Source: an uncultured Cytophagia bacterium (lineage in GTDB: Bacteria; Zhuqueibacterota; Zhuqueibacteria; Residuimicrobiales; Krinioviventaceae). Taken from it: DNA of 64,000 nucleotides. The notes beneath the pieces are model-generated. The model searched no databases and had not been told where the DNA came from. It worked only from the letters and a program-made list of their open reading frames with translations. The stretch is from the NCBI GenBank assembly GCA_964399735.1, contig CAYNSO010000003.1, forward strand, positions 51,970-115,969, read 5' to 3'. Shown piece after piece: positions 19,121 through 29,413 of the stretch (positions are counted from its first letter, which is position 1; the number at the start of each line of letters is the position of its first letter). A program made the position numbers and the translations under genes.

Positions 19121-20149
19121 TTATTTCCAGATTTTTTCTGATAATTCAATCACCTTTAGCGCCTCTTGCCCGCTTACCGGCAATGGCCAGTCTTTATCCA
19201 GACTGGTATAAAAAGCGTTGATAAGATTTGTCATACCCGCTGTGGGTGATATTCTTTTCAAAGCAACTCCTGCGGTTACGTAGATTGTATTACCAAACAT
19301 TTGCATAGACTGTGAAACACTATCTACTCCCCTGGCAAAGGCTTTGGGAATCCGGCGGTATGTTTTTTGTTTTACAATACTCATGTTCGACAAATCTACC
19401 CGTGCGATCATTTTCGTGCCATACAGAACCAGGGTAAAAATATCGGGTTTAACCGACAACGACATATTAATTGCAGCAGTGGCATTCTTTGCGTCAAGCA
19501 AAATCCGCACTTCTTCTTGCAGTTTGTTACCGCTAGCCGATTTTTTTTTGATGATATGGGTTGTTTTGACTTCCTGCAGCAGATCCAGGGCTATTGCGGC
19601 GGGATGAGGAAACAGATCCTGCAAAAAATGCCCTTTCATTTCCTTTAACCAGGTTCCTTCCAGGCTATTAGCGCCAATGACCCTGCGGGTATCAAAGCCA
19701 AAAAATATTTCGGCATGAAGCAAATCGCCAAAGGCATAGCTGTTGGCTATATCGCGGGCTTTACCGTAGGTCGGGTCATACAACATGTTATGATTAACAC
19801 CCAGTTTGGCGTTGCCTTTTTCAGCTGCATGGTTCATCTCTTCCAGTTCCTTTACGGACAAGGCAATCGGCTTTTCAACTAGAACATGAATACCCTTGCC
19901 CAGAGCCGACAGCGCTATCTCTTTGTGCAAATGAGGCGGGGTTAATACATGCAATACATCAATTTTTTCATTATTCAACAATTCGTTAACGCTGGTATAA
20001 AATTTTACTCCACCCAGTTCTTGCGCTTTGCGTTTGGCCAGTTCCGGGTTCACATCACAAATGGCCGCCAGTTCCGTAAGCGGATTTGTCATTATTGCAT
20101 GAAAATGAAACCTGGATATATTCCCACAACCAACTACTGCTGATCTCAT
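19121..20149 (-). CDS. Gfo/Idh/MocA-family NAD(P)-dependent oxidoreductase (sugar dehydrogenase)
   Basis: 342 aa. N-terminal AVVGCGNISRFHFHAI...HVLVEKP, typical of the family (WbpB-like sugar-nucleotide 3-dehydrogenases). Confidence 0.75.
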   Translation of the reverse strand: MRSAVVGCGNISRFHFHAIMTNPLTELAAICDVNPELAKRKAQELGGVKFYTSVNELLNNEKIDVLHVLTPPHLHKEIALSALGKGIHVLVEKPIALSVKELEEMNHAAEKGNAKLGVNHNMLYDPTYGKARDIANSYAFGDLLHAEIFFGFDTRRVIGANSLEGTWLKEMKGHFLQDLFPHPAAIALDLLQEVKTTHIIKKKSASGNKLQEEVRILLDAKNATAAINMSLSVKPDIFTLVLYGTKMIARVDLSNMSIVKQKTYRRIPKAFARGVDSVSQSMQMFGNTIYVTAGVALKRISPTAGMTNLINAFYTSLDKDWPLPVSGQEALKVIELSEKIWK

Positions 20150-20279
20150 CCGTTAATCCTCATTTTATGTTGATAATAAAGCCAAAGGCGCAACCCGCTC
20201 ATTTTAGCGCCGTGACATGTTTTCCTGCCAATTAAGTAAACATAACCATAATGATCTGGAAATGTATATAATACAAAAT

Positions 20280-21437
20280 TTATTTATCTTTATCAAGCAG
20301 CTCGATATAGATCTTTTCCAACTCCTGAACATTATTTTGAATACTGAAACGCTTGCATGCCTCCGGGCCGCTTGAAGCCATTTGTTGCGCCAAAGCGGTA
20401 TTTTCAATGATCTTGTTTATACTTTTAGCCAACGCTGCGGGTTGCCCGGCCGGAACCAGTAAAGCGGCGCCGGAATCACCGTTTATTTCAATCATACCGC
20501 CAACCTGCGAAGCGACAATCGGCTTGCCCATTGCCATTGCTTCCACCATCACCAAACCAAATCCCTCGTTGAGAGAAGGAATAGCTACCAGGTCATACAG
20601 GGTCAACAATTCATAAATATCCGTACGGAAGCCAATCAATTTGACTTGTTCCTGCAAATTCAGTTCGGCGATCAATTGCAGCAGGGCATCCTTTTGTGGG
20701 CCGTCGCCGGTTATCAGCAAGCGCGCCTGCGGGTGTTTATCAACAATATTTCGCATGGCAGCTATCAAAAACTGGTTGCCCTTTTCCTCGCGCAAGCGGG
20801 TGAGGGTACCGATAATAAAATGATCCTTGCGCAAACCCAATTCCTGACGTAATTCGGCAAGACGCTTGTCATCGCAGCGTTTAAAAGGTTCCAGGTTCAC
20901 ACCATTATAAACCACCTTAATCAATTCATGAGGAACGTGCCGGCCGCTATGTAAAAAATCCTTAACTGCACCGGAAACGCCAATAGCCAGGTCGGTATAG
21001 CGGCGTAACATAAAATCTGCCAGGTACTGATGCGGCAGAATTTTTAAAATAGCGTGCTCATGCACTATATTGGGGATATGTTTTAGTCGTGCGGCAATTC
21101 TGCCGAAATTGGCGGAGCTATAACCATGCAAATGCAGCAGGTCTATTTTTTCTTTGTCAATCAGCTTCATCAGGCTGGTGATATTGCCAACAGAATACTT
21201 GCCATTGCCAAGAAAAAAAACCGGAATCCCCTCCTGCCGATAAATCTGCCCGGCGGGTTCCTCGTTTTTTAAACCGCAAGCCATTACATGAAAACGTTCT
21301 CTATCGGCATAACGATGCCAGTCGCGGATCAGATATGCACAACTGCTGGGATTAATGCCATCCATGGAAAATTTATCGATTACATGCAGGATATTATATT
21401 TCTTTTTCAAACTATCTCCACAAACTCTATTGATCAT
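20280..21437 (-). CDS. Glycosyltransferase family 4
   Basis: 385 aa. GT-B C-terminal motif region (AIPSLNEGFGLVMVEAMAMGKPIVASQVGG). Confidence 0.8.
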   Translation of the reverse strand: MINRVCGDSLKKKYNILHVIDKFSMDGINPSSCAYLIRDWHRYADRERFHVMACGLKNEEPAGQIYRQEGIPVFFLGNGKYSVGNITSLMKLIDKEKIDLLHLHGYSSANFGRIAARLKHIPNIVHEHAILKILPHQYLADFMLRRYTDLAIGVSGAVKDFLHSGRHVPHELIKVVYNGVNLEPFKRCDDKRLAELRQELGLRKDHFIIGTLTRLREEKGNQFLIAAMRNIVDKHPQARLLITGDGPQKDALLQLIAELNLQEQVKLIGFRTDIYELLTLYDLVAIPSLNEGFGLVMVEAMAMGKPIVASQVGGMIEINGDSGAALLVPAGQPAALAKSINKIIENTALAQQMASSGPEACKRFSIQNNVQELEKIYIELLDKDK

Positions 21438-21477
21438 TCATTCAAAACAAGAACGATTCAAGCTGCAATCAGAATGA

Positions 21478-22230
21478 TCAAGAGTTACCATTCTGTTTAC
21501 GGTTTTTAATCACTTTGGCCGGAATGCCCACAGCCACGCTAAATTCAGGAATAGCGCCGCGCACCACTGCCGAGGTGCCGATAATACAATCACGACCGAT
21601 ATGCGCGCCATCTGTCACTTTAACGCTAGCGCCCAGCCAGACATTATCCTCAACAACAATACCATCGGACTTGCGCTCCTGTTCCAGCACCGATATATCG
21701 GTTCGCGCAAAAGTATGCTCACCGCCGACAAGATAACAATAAGCGGCAAACAGGGCATTTTTACCCAATGTTACCTTGCTGGCAGAAAAAATCTCGCAAT
21801 TGAAACCAATGTTGGCATTATCGCCAATCTCTATATCGCCGTCCTTGCAGCTTAGAATTGTATTTCTGCCGATAAATGAACCGGAACCGATTGTGATGCC
21901 GTAATTGTTTTCACCTTTGGCATCCAGCAGACAGTTATCATCTATCACCACATTATCGCCAATATAAATTTTATGCGGATGACGCAACACCACATTCATC
22001 CCAAAATTGACATTTCTGCCAACCCGGCCAAGCAGCGCCGGATAGAGCTTGCTGCGCAGCAGTAATCCTAACGCTCCGGGCATATTGGCACATAGCATTA
22101 CAATCAACTCGTATTTAACCAGCGTCCATATTCCCCTTTTACCGATCACGAGATTACAGTATTTGCCAATTTTACCGACACGGGCATCGTGCAGATCCCG
22201 CTGAATTCCTACCGGAACAGCATTATCCAT
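21478..22230 (-). CDS. Hexapeptide-repeat (LbH) acyl/acetyltransferase
   Basis: 250 aa. Multiple hexapeptide repeats (IGDNVVIDDNCLL, IGSGSFIGRNTIL, IGDNANIGFNCEI, IGRDCIIGTSAVV). Confidence 0.75.
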   Translation of the reverse strand: MDNAVPVGIQRDLHDARVGKIGKYCNLVIGKRGIWTLVKYELIVMLCANMPGALGLLLRSKLYPALLGRVGRNVNFGMNVVLRHPHKIYIGDNVVIDDNCLLDAKGENNYGITIGSGSFIGRNTILSCKDGDIEIGDNANIGFNCEIFSASKVTLGKNALFAAYCYLVGGEHTFARTDISVLEQERKSDGIVVEDNVWLGASVKVTDGAHIGRDCIIGTSAVVRGAIPEFSVAVGIPAKVIKNRKQNGNS

Positions 22231-22239
22231 ATAAACACC

Positions 22240-23262
22240 TCATACTGTGTTAGTGTGGCGTGGTTTAAGGTAACCTTGTTCAATGTACCAGTCCGCTGTT
22301 TCGTGGATACCCTTCTGGAGCGTGACACCGGGCTGATAACCCAATTCGGCTTTGGCTTTATTGATCGAAAAAGCCCGATCTTTGATGTAAATATCCACGC
22401 GCCGCCGAAAAATGGGTGGCTGCACCCGCAGAGGGATACATATCTTTTCACATAAATATCCGGCGCAATAGACCGGCCATAACGGTAGCCTGATAATTTT
22501 CAGCTTTATTCCCAAATCTTGAGCCACGTATTTGGCAAAATCGCACAATGTGCAATACCCGTCACCGGCGATAATGTAAATTTGACCGACTGCTTCGGGG
22601 TTTTCTCCTGCCAGGCGGAAACCTTCAACAATATCCGTTACATGAGTTAAATGATAAAACGGATCCTTGCGGCCCAGCATAATAAAGCGGTTTTTCTGTA
22701 CCATGCGGTACATTTTCAGCATTCGTAAATCACCGGGCCCATAAATACCCGAAGGTCGAACAATTGTTACCGCAAGTTTCTTTTGGCAATGATAAAACAT
22801 GACCATTTTTTCCGCTGCAAGTTTGGTCTCTTGATAGATATCACCCGGCTTGCAGGGCGCATTTTCATCAGCAGGTGGATGATCAACATGACCATGCACA
22901 CCAACGGTGCTGCAATACACCACCCGTTTTATACCATGACGCAGAGCGGCAATCAGCACATTTTCGGTGCCGGTTACATTAACATTGTAATATTCATGAT
23001 CCGGCACATTGGCTGCCCGGTACAAAGCGGCAATGTGAAAAACAATATCCATATCCTGGACGGCTGCCTCAACCTCGGCAGGATTGGTAATGTTGCCATA
23101 AACAATTTCAACCGGCAATGAACGTAAATGGTCAATTTTACTGGAGGCGCGCACCAGGGCACGCACGGAATAACCATGCGTTAACAGGTTTTGCACCATA
23201 TACCTGCCGGTAAAACCGGAAGCTCCGGTAACCAGCGCTTTTTTTAGTGTTTGCTCCTGCAT
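22240..23262 (-). CDS. NAD-dependent epimerase/dehydratase (SDR family)
   Basis: 340 aa. ALVTGASGFTGRYM Rossmann motif; YxxxK (YQETK). Confidence 0.8.
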   Translation of the reverse strand: MQEQTLKKALVTGASGFTGRYMVQNLLTHGYSVRALVRASSKIDHLRSLPVEIVYGNITNPAEVEAAVQDMDIVFHIAALYRAANVPDHEYYNVNVTGTENVLIAALRHGIKRVVYCSTVGVHGHVDHPPADENAPCKPGDIYQETKLAAEKMVMFYHCQKKLAVTIVRPSGIYGPGDLRMLKMYRMVQKNRFIMLGRKDPFYHLTHVTDIVEGFRLAGENPEAVGQIYIIAGDGYCTLCDFAKYVAQDLGIKLKIIRLPLWPVYCAGYLCEKICIPLRVQPPIFRRRVDIYIKDRAFSINKAKAELGYQPGVTLQKGIHETADWYIEQGYLKPRHTNTV

Positions 23263-23267
23263 TTTAT

Positions 23268-24953
23268 TTACACCGTTTTATATTTATCTTTAACCTGATT
23301 AATTTCAGCAGCAATCCGCTCATTATTCCAGCCCAGCTCTCCGGCCATCAGAGCAGCACAAGCTTGCAAACATTCATCAGCAGGGCAATCGCCTGAACCC
23401 AGATCGGAGCGGCGCAACACAAAATCTGCCAGCTTTAATGCGCCTTCTTCGCGAACTGCATTGATAACCTCCGCTTTAATTACCAGAGAATTTTTAACCA
23501 GCGGTTGCGCCAGATCGGGCTGTTGCTTGATACTGGCAATAATTTGCTTGTATAGCGTGCCATAATTATATAATAAACGGACTAGAATATCTTTGGGCAA
23601 CACATCCGTATTGGCGGCAAGTGCATTGGTTATAAAATCATTATAATCATTAATATCGCCGCCGGTCAATGGCTTTTGTCGCGTAGAGAACAACCGGGTA
23701 TCATTATGCAATTTTGTCATGACCAGGTTCATGGTTTTTTCCGCCACGTCGCGGGCAGTCGTATATTTTACGCCGACTATACTCAACAATCCATCAACCT
23801 GTGCGGTTTTACTATAATCGACAATCCGGTAATGCGGCAGTAGTTGTACATCCTCACCAGGCCTGGGCTCGGCAGCCAGAGGCAGCACGCCGCCATGTAC
23901 ATAGGTAATGTCGCTGCGCTGTAATTTCAATTCCGGCAAAAGAACATTCAGCTCCTGCAGCAGGTCTTGAACATCAGTTTCTTTTACTTTAAAAGAGTCT
24001 GCATCGCCATTATAGGGCAAATGCGAAGTGCCAATAACTGTATAATCGCGCCAGGGAGTGATAAATAATAAACGGCGTTTGTTGCGGCGGTATTGCTTGC
24101 CTTCACGAAACTCGATATTGCTGGATATACCAAAAGCATAATTGTTGTTAATTTTGCGTTTCAGCACAATATTCATGGCTTTGGAAAGGATGAATTTGGG
24201 TGCAGCTGCAGAATCAACCAACCCGGCGATTTTATTTGTCCATGGCCCGGCTGTGGTCACTATCATTTTTGCATTGATTTCATATTCCGTACCATTCAAA
24301 ACATCTTTAACCCGCGCACCGGTAATTTGGTTACCATTTTTTAAAAAGGAAACCGCTTCCATATAATTAAACACATCAGCGCCATTGTTGGCAGCAGCCA
24401 GGATAAAAGAGATTACCAGGCGTTCCGTGTTGTATGCCTGTGCGTCATACCATACCGCAGCGCCGGTAAAATTACTGTCCATCAATACCGGCATTTCTGC
24501 CGCGCAGGTGCGGCGGGAAATTACTTTGCCATTACCAATTCTCTTTTGTGCATCATTGCCGCGATTACGGGTGCAACTGATAATATCATTCATTAATAAA
24601 CCGGCAAACATGACATGCTTGCTTTTCATTGTTAATCCGTATGTTGGCATCATACATGCCAGCGGATGAACAAGGTGCGGAGCTATTTTTAGCATGATCT
24701 TGCGTTCGCGAATGGATTCCACAGTACGTTTAAAATCCAGCGTTTGTAAATAGCGCAAGCCGCCATGAATAATTTTCAAACTATTGCCGGAGGTTTCTGC
24801 AGCGAAATCGGTTTTTTCAACCAGTGCGACCCGCAAACCACGTGATACTGCTTCCCAGACCAGCGCAGCGCCATACATACCACCACCAATAATTAACAGA
24901 TCGTATTGTTTGTCCTGTATATTTTGCAAATTTCTTTTCATCAAATTCCTCAT
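23268..24953 (-). CDS. FAD-dependent oxidoreductase, glycerol-3-phosphate dehydrogenase (GlpA/GlpD)-like
   Basis: 561 aa. N-terminal DLLIIGGGMYGAALVWEAVSRGLRVALVEKTDFAAETSGNSLKIIHGGLRY is the canonical GlpD/DAO-family FAD-binding start. Confidence 0.7.
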   Translation of the reverse strand: MRNLMKRNLQNIQDKQYDLLIIGGGMYGAALVWEAVSRGLRVALVEKTDFAAETSGNSLKIIHGGLRYLQTLDFKRTVESIRERKIMLKIAPHLVHPLACMMPTYGLTMKSKHVMFAGLLMNDIISCTRNRGNDAQKRIGNGKVISRRTCAAEMPVLMDSNFTGAAVWYDAQAYNTERLVISFILAAANNGADVFNYMEAVSFLKNGNQITGARVKDVLNGTEYEINAKMIVTTAGPWTNKIAGLVDSAAAPKFILSKAMNIVLKRKINNNYAFGISSNIEFREGKQYRRNKRRLLFITPWRDYTVIGTSHLPYNGDADSFKVKETDVQDLLQELNVLLPELKLQRSDITYVHGGVLPLAAEPRPGEDVQLLPHYRIVDYSKTAQVDGLLSIVGVKYTTARDVAEKTMNLVMTKLHNDTRLFSTRQKPLTGGDINDYNDFITNALAANTDVLPKDILVRLLYNYGTLYKQIIASIKQQPDLAQPLVKNSLVIKAEVINAVREEGALKLADFVLRRSDLGSGDCPADECLQACAALMAGELGWNNERIAAEINQVKDKYKTV

Positions 24954-25688
24954 GCTCTTTTTTGAAATTTAATCGTAATTGGAGTTCCAAATAATTTTAT
25001 AATCCCAATTTTTCCAAAAAAACTTTCCACACGAAAAGCAAGACGCGGTGAATTTAATACCCGGTATAATGCAACCGGTAAAAAAAAGCTCTTGAGTTTA
25101 ATCTCTAAAGCAAAGCCATGACGTTTAAATTCAGTGTCGACTGTTTTTCCCAAAAAGCCATGATAAGTTTGAATATTCTTATTCAAGGGTTTAAAAAGTT
25201 TGCGGAACACCCGCTCGAAAAGAGACAGGCTGAAATAATTGGGAAAATCCAGCGCAATATCTTTGCGGGATACACGACATAATTCCGCAACCATCCGCTT
25301 CCAGTCCACAACGTGCATAAGTACCCGTGAAGAAACCACTGCGTCAAAGGAATGATCACGAAAGCAGAGCTGATGGGCATCGCAAACAACCGCCTCATAG
25401 TGGATATTATGCTTTTGCGCCAGTTTACGCGCCTGAATCAGCATGTGCAGCGAAGCATCGGAGGCAACGACAAAACCGCGCCGGGCAAAATGGCTGGTCA
25501 GCTTGCCGGTGCCGGCGCCAACATCCAGCATAAATTGAAAATGGGGAATCAGCTTGTCATATAGTTCCGTTTCATATTGCTTTAAAAATGCGCCAAATCC
25601 GGAACCGAAACGATCCTTTTCATAATCATCTGCAAAATGGGCGTCGGCATACAAGGAATAACTGTAATGTTTTTTTATATTTTTTTTC
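24950..25688 (-). CDS. Class I SAM-dependent methyltransferase
   Basis: Motif I LDVGAGTGKLT. The ORF track extends to ATG 25861, which would overlap the upstream GT4 by about 160 nt. An in-frame TTG at 25686-25688, preceded by GAGG with a 6-nt spacer, gives a non-overlapping start. End coordinate chosen on that basis. Confidence 0.65.
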
Positions 25689-25703
25689 AAACAAGCCTCA
25701 ATA

Positions 25704-26924
25704 TTAATTCTGATAACCTTGCAGGGCCATATCCAAAATTTTACCTGTTTTATCAAGATAATTCTGATAGCTGTATTGACGTTCAGCGAGTTGGCGGGCA
25801 GCTTGCACCATTCCGGTTCGCCGCGATTCATCTTGCAAAATTGCAATAATTCCGGCGGCAAAATCTTCCGGCTCGGCGCGAGTCAGCACAGCGACTGAAT
25901 CATCCAATATCTGTGTATGAGTAATATGGCGTGTTGCAACAATCGGTTTTCCTGAACGCAAATAAGAATATATTTTTAGCGGTGAATTATTGCCCTTTAA
26001 ACGGGGCGATACCAGTACATCTGCCAGTTGTACAAACGCCGGGATTATTTGAGGTTGCACAAAACCGGTAAAAATCATATTTTCGCCGAATCCAGTCTTG
26101 AACGCCATGTTACGGTAAAACTGTTGCTGCGCTTCATTACCACCCACCAATACAAAACGCACGGCATCACCATATTTTTTAATGACCGGAACGGCGCTCT
26201 GTACCAACAGGTCAATGCCCTGATATGGCTCAAAAGTGCCATAGTATAAAATTACCGTTTTCCCGGCTAGCCCATATTCAGTTTGCAGGCGCTGCAATGC
26301 GTTTTCATCGGGGGGAAAAACCAAACTGTTATCTGCAACATTTTCAATAAGCAGGCTTTTTTTATTCGGAAAATTCTCTTCCACATAATGTTGCAACTCC
26401 GGGCAAATAGTAATGACTGCACTGGCGCTTTTAATGGTATATTGTTCCAAACGATCAAACAATTTTAAAAATGGTTTAAACCCGGTAAACTTGAAATTAG
26501 TCAATTGCTGCGGCAGGCTGGAATGCATGTCATACAAATGCGGGATGTTGTAGCGTTTGGCTAAAAATGCACCCCAAAAGCTGGCTTCCTCATGAGTATG
26601 AATAATGTCGTATTTATTTTTCCGTAATAATTTTATGGTTAGAATAATAAGAAATAAATCCAGAAAAATTTTGGTTTTTGAAGGCCCCACTTTAACTTTA
26701 CGAACAAAAGGGATACGGGCAGACCGATAGATTGTAACACCATCAATAAGCACATTTTGACCGACCGGATAGGTAACCAAATCTACCTGGTGCCCAAGTA
26801 AAGACAGGGCTTTCATACGATGTAAAACACTAAAAGGAGTGCCGCGGGGCTGAAACCAGGGTTGAGGCGCCAGCATTAAAATCCGTAATTTTTTCATATC
26901 TCCGGGTTCATTCCTTCCAGTCAC
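25704..26924 (-). CDS. Glycosyltransferase family 4
   Basis: 406 aa. GT-B fold with typical C-terminal donor-binding region (PRLKGNNSPLKIYSYLRSGKPIVAT). Confidence 0.8.
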   Translation of the reverse strand: MTGRNEPGDMKKLRILMLAPQPWFQPRGTPFSVLHRMKALSLLGHQVDLVTYPVGQNVLIDGVTIYRSARIPFVRKVKVGPSKTKIFLDLFLIILTIKLLRKNKYDIIHTHEEASFWGAFLAKRYNIPHLYDMHSSLPQQLTNFKFTGFKPFLKLFDRLEQYTIKSASAVITICPELQHYVEENFPNKKSLLIENVADNSLVFPPDENALQRLQTEYGLAGKTVILYYGTFEPYQGIDLLVQSAVPVIKKYGDAVRFVLVGGNEAQQQFYRNMAFKTGFGENMIFTGFVQPQIIPAFVQLADVLVSPRLKGNNSPLKIYSYLRSGKPIVATRHITHTQILDDSVAVLTRAEPEDFAAGIIAILQDESRRTGMVQAARQLAERQYSYQNYLDKTGKILDMALQGYQN

Positions 26925-26954
26925 ATATTCAGTTACGTGTAATAAATCCCGATC

Positions 26955-28412
26955 CTACTCGGCTCCATATCCTGTTATCACGACAAAAAATGTTTTCATC
27001 ATGATCCGCCAATCCAGCATTAAAGACCAGTTATCAATATATTCCAAATCCATTTTCATCCACTGATCAAAAGACAGCTTGTTCCTACCACTAACCTGCC
27101 AAATGCAGGTAATGCCAGGCTTTAAAGATAAGCGCCGGCGCTGCCAGATTTTATAATTTTCCACTTCACTGACTATTGGCGGCCGCGGCCCGACAATACT
27201 CATATCGCCTTTTAAAACATTAAATAATTGCGGTAATTCATCAATGCTGGTTTTGCGAATAAATGAACCGACTTTGGTTATGCGCGGGTCTTTTTTAATT
27301 TTAAAGACCGGTCCGTCCATTTCATTATCCTCCTGCAACTCTGCTTTCATCTCTTCGGCATTATTTACCATAGAGCGAAATTTATAAAGAATGAACTTGC
27401 GGCCCTTTAAGCCGCAACGCACCTGTTTGAACAAAATTGGCCCTTTGGAGGTAACTTTGATCGCAATCGCGGTTATCAGCATAATTGGAGAAAGCACAAT
27501 TAATGATAATGCGGATATAAGAATATCTAGTAATCGTTTGATAAAAAGCTGCCATTCGCGGGCATGAAAAGTTTTAAATTCCAGCAGCGGAAAACCGTTA
27601 AAGTCCGTTTGCCGGGTATGCGCCAAAGTTAAATTGTAAAAATCCAGCGAAAGAGCTGTAGTAATGCCCACCTCTTCACAGGCCAGAATAGCTTCTTCAA
27701 TCAAGGGCAGCCAATGCCGGGGAACAACAAAGATAACCTGGTCTATAACTATCTGGTTGATAATAAAGGGAATATCTTTGATGCGGCCCATCACCCGGTA
27801 ACCGGCAATTTTTTTGCCATACAGGGCATGGTCGTCGTCAATCAGACCGACAATTTTCAAGCCCCAGTTGCCATGGTTGTGCACAGCATCAATAAATTCC
27901 AAAGCTCTTTTGCCGGTTCCAACAATTAACAGATTCTCCTGGTTTAATCCCTTGGAATGAACATTATCCAAAATTTTTAAAAGCGCCCACTTTTCCAGCA
28001 AGATTAATAAATACGCGGTAGCAGCATAAACAACAAAGAACAAACGGCTGGTCATTTGTAGTTTAGCTAAAAAGACAAAGTTACCGGAGGCAAGCGTTGC
28101 CCATAACCCGGAAACAATAATAAGCCAGACTAATTTCCGAAAAGGTCTGGTACGGTAACCCTCATATATTCCATAAATGGAAAATATAACTACCCAAATC
28201 AGTGGAAAGCCCCCAAACAACATCCAGAAATTGCTGGCAAAATTTACAAATCCGGAAAAAGTAGCGCTGGTAGCATAGGCTTTAATATTTAACTGGGCTA
28301 CCTGGCGAATAAATTCATCAAGAAAATAGGCAATAGGAAAAACAACAAGAAGCACAAAAAAATCAATGCCTTTTAAAATATTACCTAAAAACTTTTCTCG
28401 TTCAGATACCAT
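26955..28412 (-). CDS. Polyprenyl-phosphate glycosyl-1-phosphate transferase (WbaP/WcaJ-like initiating sugar transferase)
   Basis: 485 aa. N-terminal TM helices, central Rossmann-like region, and the C-terminal bacterial sugar transferase domain with conserved PGITCIWQVSGRN and DLEYIDNWSL. Confidence 0.85.
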   Translation of the reverse strand: MVSEREKFLGNILKGIDFFVLLVVFPIAYFLDEFIRQVAQLNIKAYATSATFSGFVNFASNFWMLFGGFPLIWVVIFSIYGIYEGYRTRPFRKLVWLIIVSGLWATLASGNFVFLAKLQMTSRLFFVVYAATAYLLILLEKWALLKILDNVHSKGLNQENLLIVGTGKRALEFIDAVHNHGNWGLKIVGLIDDDHALYGKKIAGYRVMGRIKDIPFIINQIVIDQVIFVVPRHWLPLIEEAILACEEVGITTALSLDFYNLTLAHTRQTDFNGFPLLEFKTFHAREWQLFIKRLLDILISALSLIVLSPIMLITAIAIKVTSKGPILFKQVRCGLKGRKFILYKFRSMVNNAEEMKAELQEDNEMDGPVFKIKKDPRITKVGSFIRKTSIDELPQLFNVLKGDMSIVGPRPPIVSEVENYKIWQRRRLSLKPGITCIWQVSGRNKLSFDQWMKMDLEYIDNWSLMLDWRIMMKTFFVVITGYGAE

Positions 28413-28433
28413 AAAATATTACAAAACTTTCTG

Positions 28434-29390
28434 TCAAACAGAATTCTTGTTATTGAACCACTGTATAAATTTATCAATACCGGCTTCAATGGCAACTTGC
28501 GGATTATAATTCAAATCCTGCTTTGCCCGGCTGATATCGGCAAATGTAATTGGCACATCACCAGGTTGATCCGGCTTCCAGTCAATAATGGCTTTTTTCC
28601 CCAAACCTTTTTGTATCAAATCAATCAGATACATTAATTCAACCGTATTCGATTCACCAAGGTTATAGATATGGTAACCGTCGCAATGCAAAATTGCTGC
28701 TTGTATCCCCTGTAATATATCATCTATAAAAGTATAGTCACGCCGGCTTTTACCGTTGCCAAAAACCGGAATGGGTTTACCATTGTCAATTAAATTGGCA
28801 AATTTATGAATAGCCATATCCGGTCTCTGCCGTGGACCATAGACAGTAAAAAAACGCAGGCAATTAACAGAAATCTTGTAAAGTTTATGATAGGTGTAAC
28901 AAACCAATTCGCCGGCTTTTTTAGTGGCAGCATAAGGCGAAATGGGGTTATCAACAGAATCACTCTCGCTGAATGGCACTTTATCATTGGCGCCATATAC
29001 GGAAGATGAAGAAGCAAACACAAACCCGGATACATCATGTTCCCTGCACATTTCCAGCAAATGCATGGTACCCTGCACGTTCACTCTTTCATACAATAAT
29101 GGTTCCTGGATTGAAGGCCTTACACCGGCGCGGGCAGCCAGGTGAACAATAACGTCGAATTTATGCGCGGAAAAAATCTTTTGCAGCAACGGCAGGTCAA
29201 GAATATCGCCTTCAATCAGTTGGTAATTTTTATGCGCCAACAGTTCTTTGATATTGTTTCTTTTTATAGCCGGATCATAATAGTTGTTAAAATTATCCAG
29301 GCACACAACATCATCCCCCTGTTTTACCAATCTTTCACTCAAATGTGAGCCAATAAAACCGGCGCCCCCGGTGACCAATAACTTCATCAT
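28434..29390 (-). CDS. NDP-sugar 4-epimerase (GalE/UDP-glucuronate-epimerase-like SDR)
   Basis: 318 aa. LVTGGAGFIGSHL; catalytic YAATK. Confidence 0.8.
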   Translation of the reverse strand: MMKLLVTGGAGFIGSHLSERLVKQGDDVVCLDNFNNYYDPAIKRNNIKELLAHKNYQLIEGDILDLPLLQKIFSAHKFDVIVHLAARAGVRPSIQEPLLYERVNVQGTMHLLEMCREHDVSGFVFASSSSVYGANDKVPFSESDSVDNPISPYAATKKAGELVCYTYHKLYKISVNCLRFFTVYGPRQRPDMAIHKFANLIDNGKPIPVFGNGKSRRDYTFIDDILQGIQAAILHCDGYHIYNLGESNTVELMYLIDLIQKGLGKKAIIDWKPDQPGDVPITFADISRAKQDLNYNPQVAIEAGIDKFIQWFNNKNSV

Positions 29391-29413
29391 CTACCCTTAA
29401 TAAAGATCAAACC

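Noticed and set aside
24950-25861. Apparent 160-nt overlap between the methyltransferase ORF (ATG at 25861) and the upstream GT4 gene
   Set aside because: The overlap disappears with an in-frame TTG at 25686-25688, preceded by GAGG. The conserved methyltransferase N-terminus begins just after it. The long overlap is therefore treated as an ORF-calling artefact, not a real overlapping gene.
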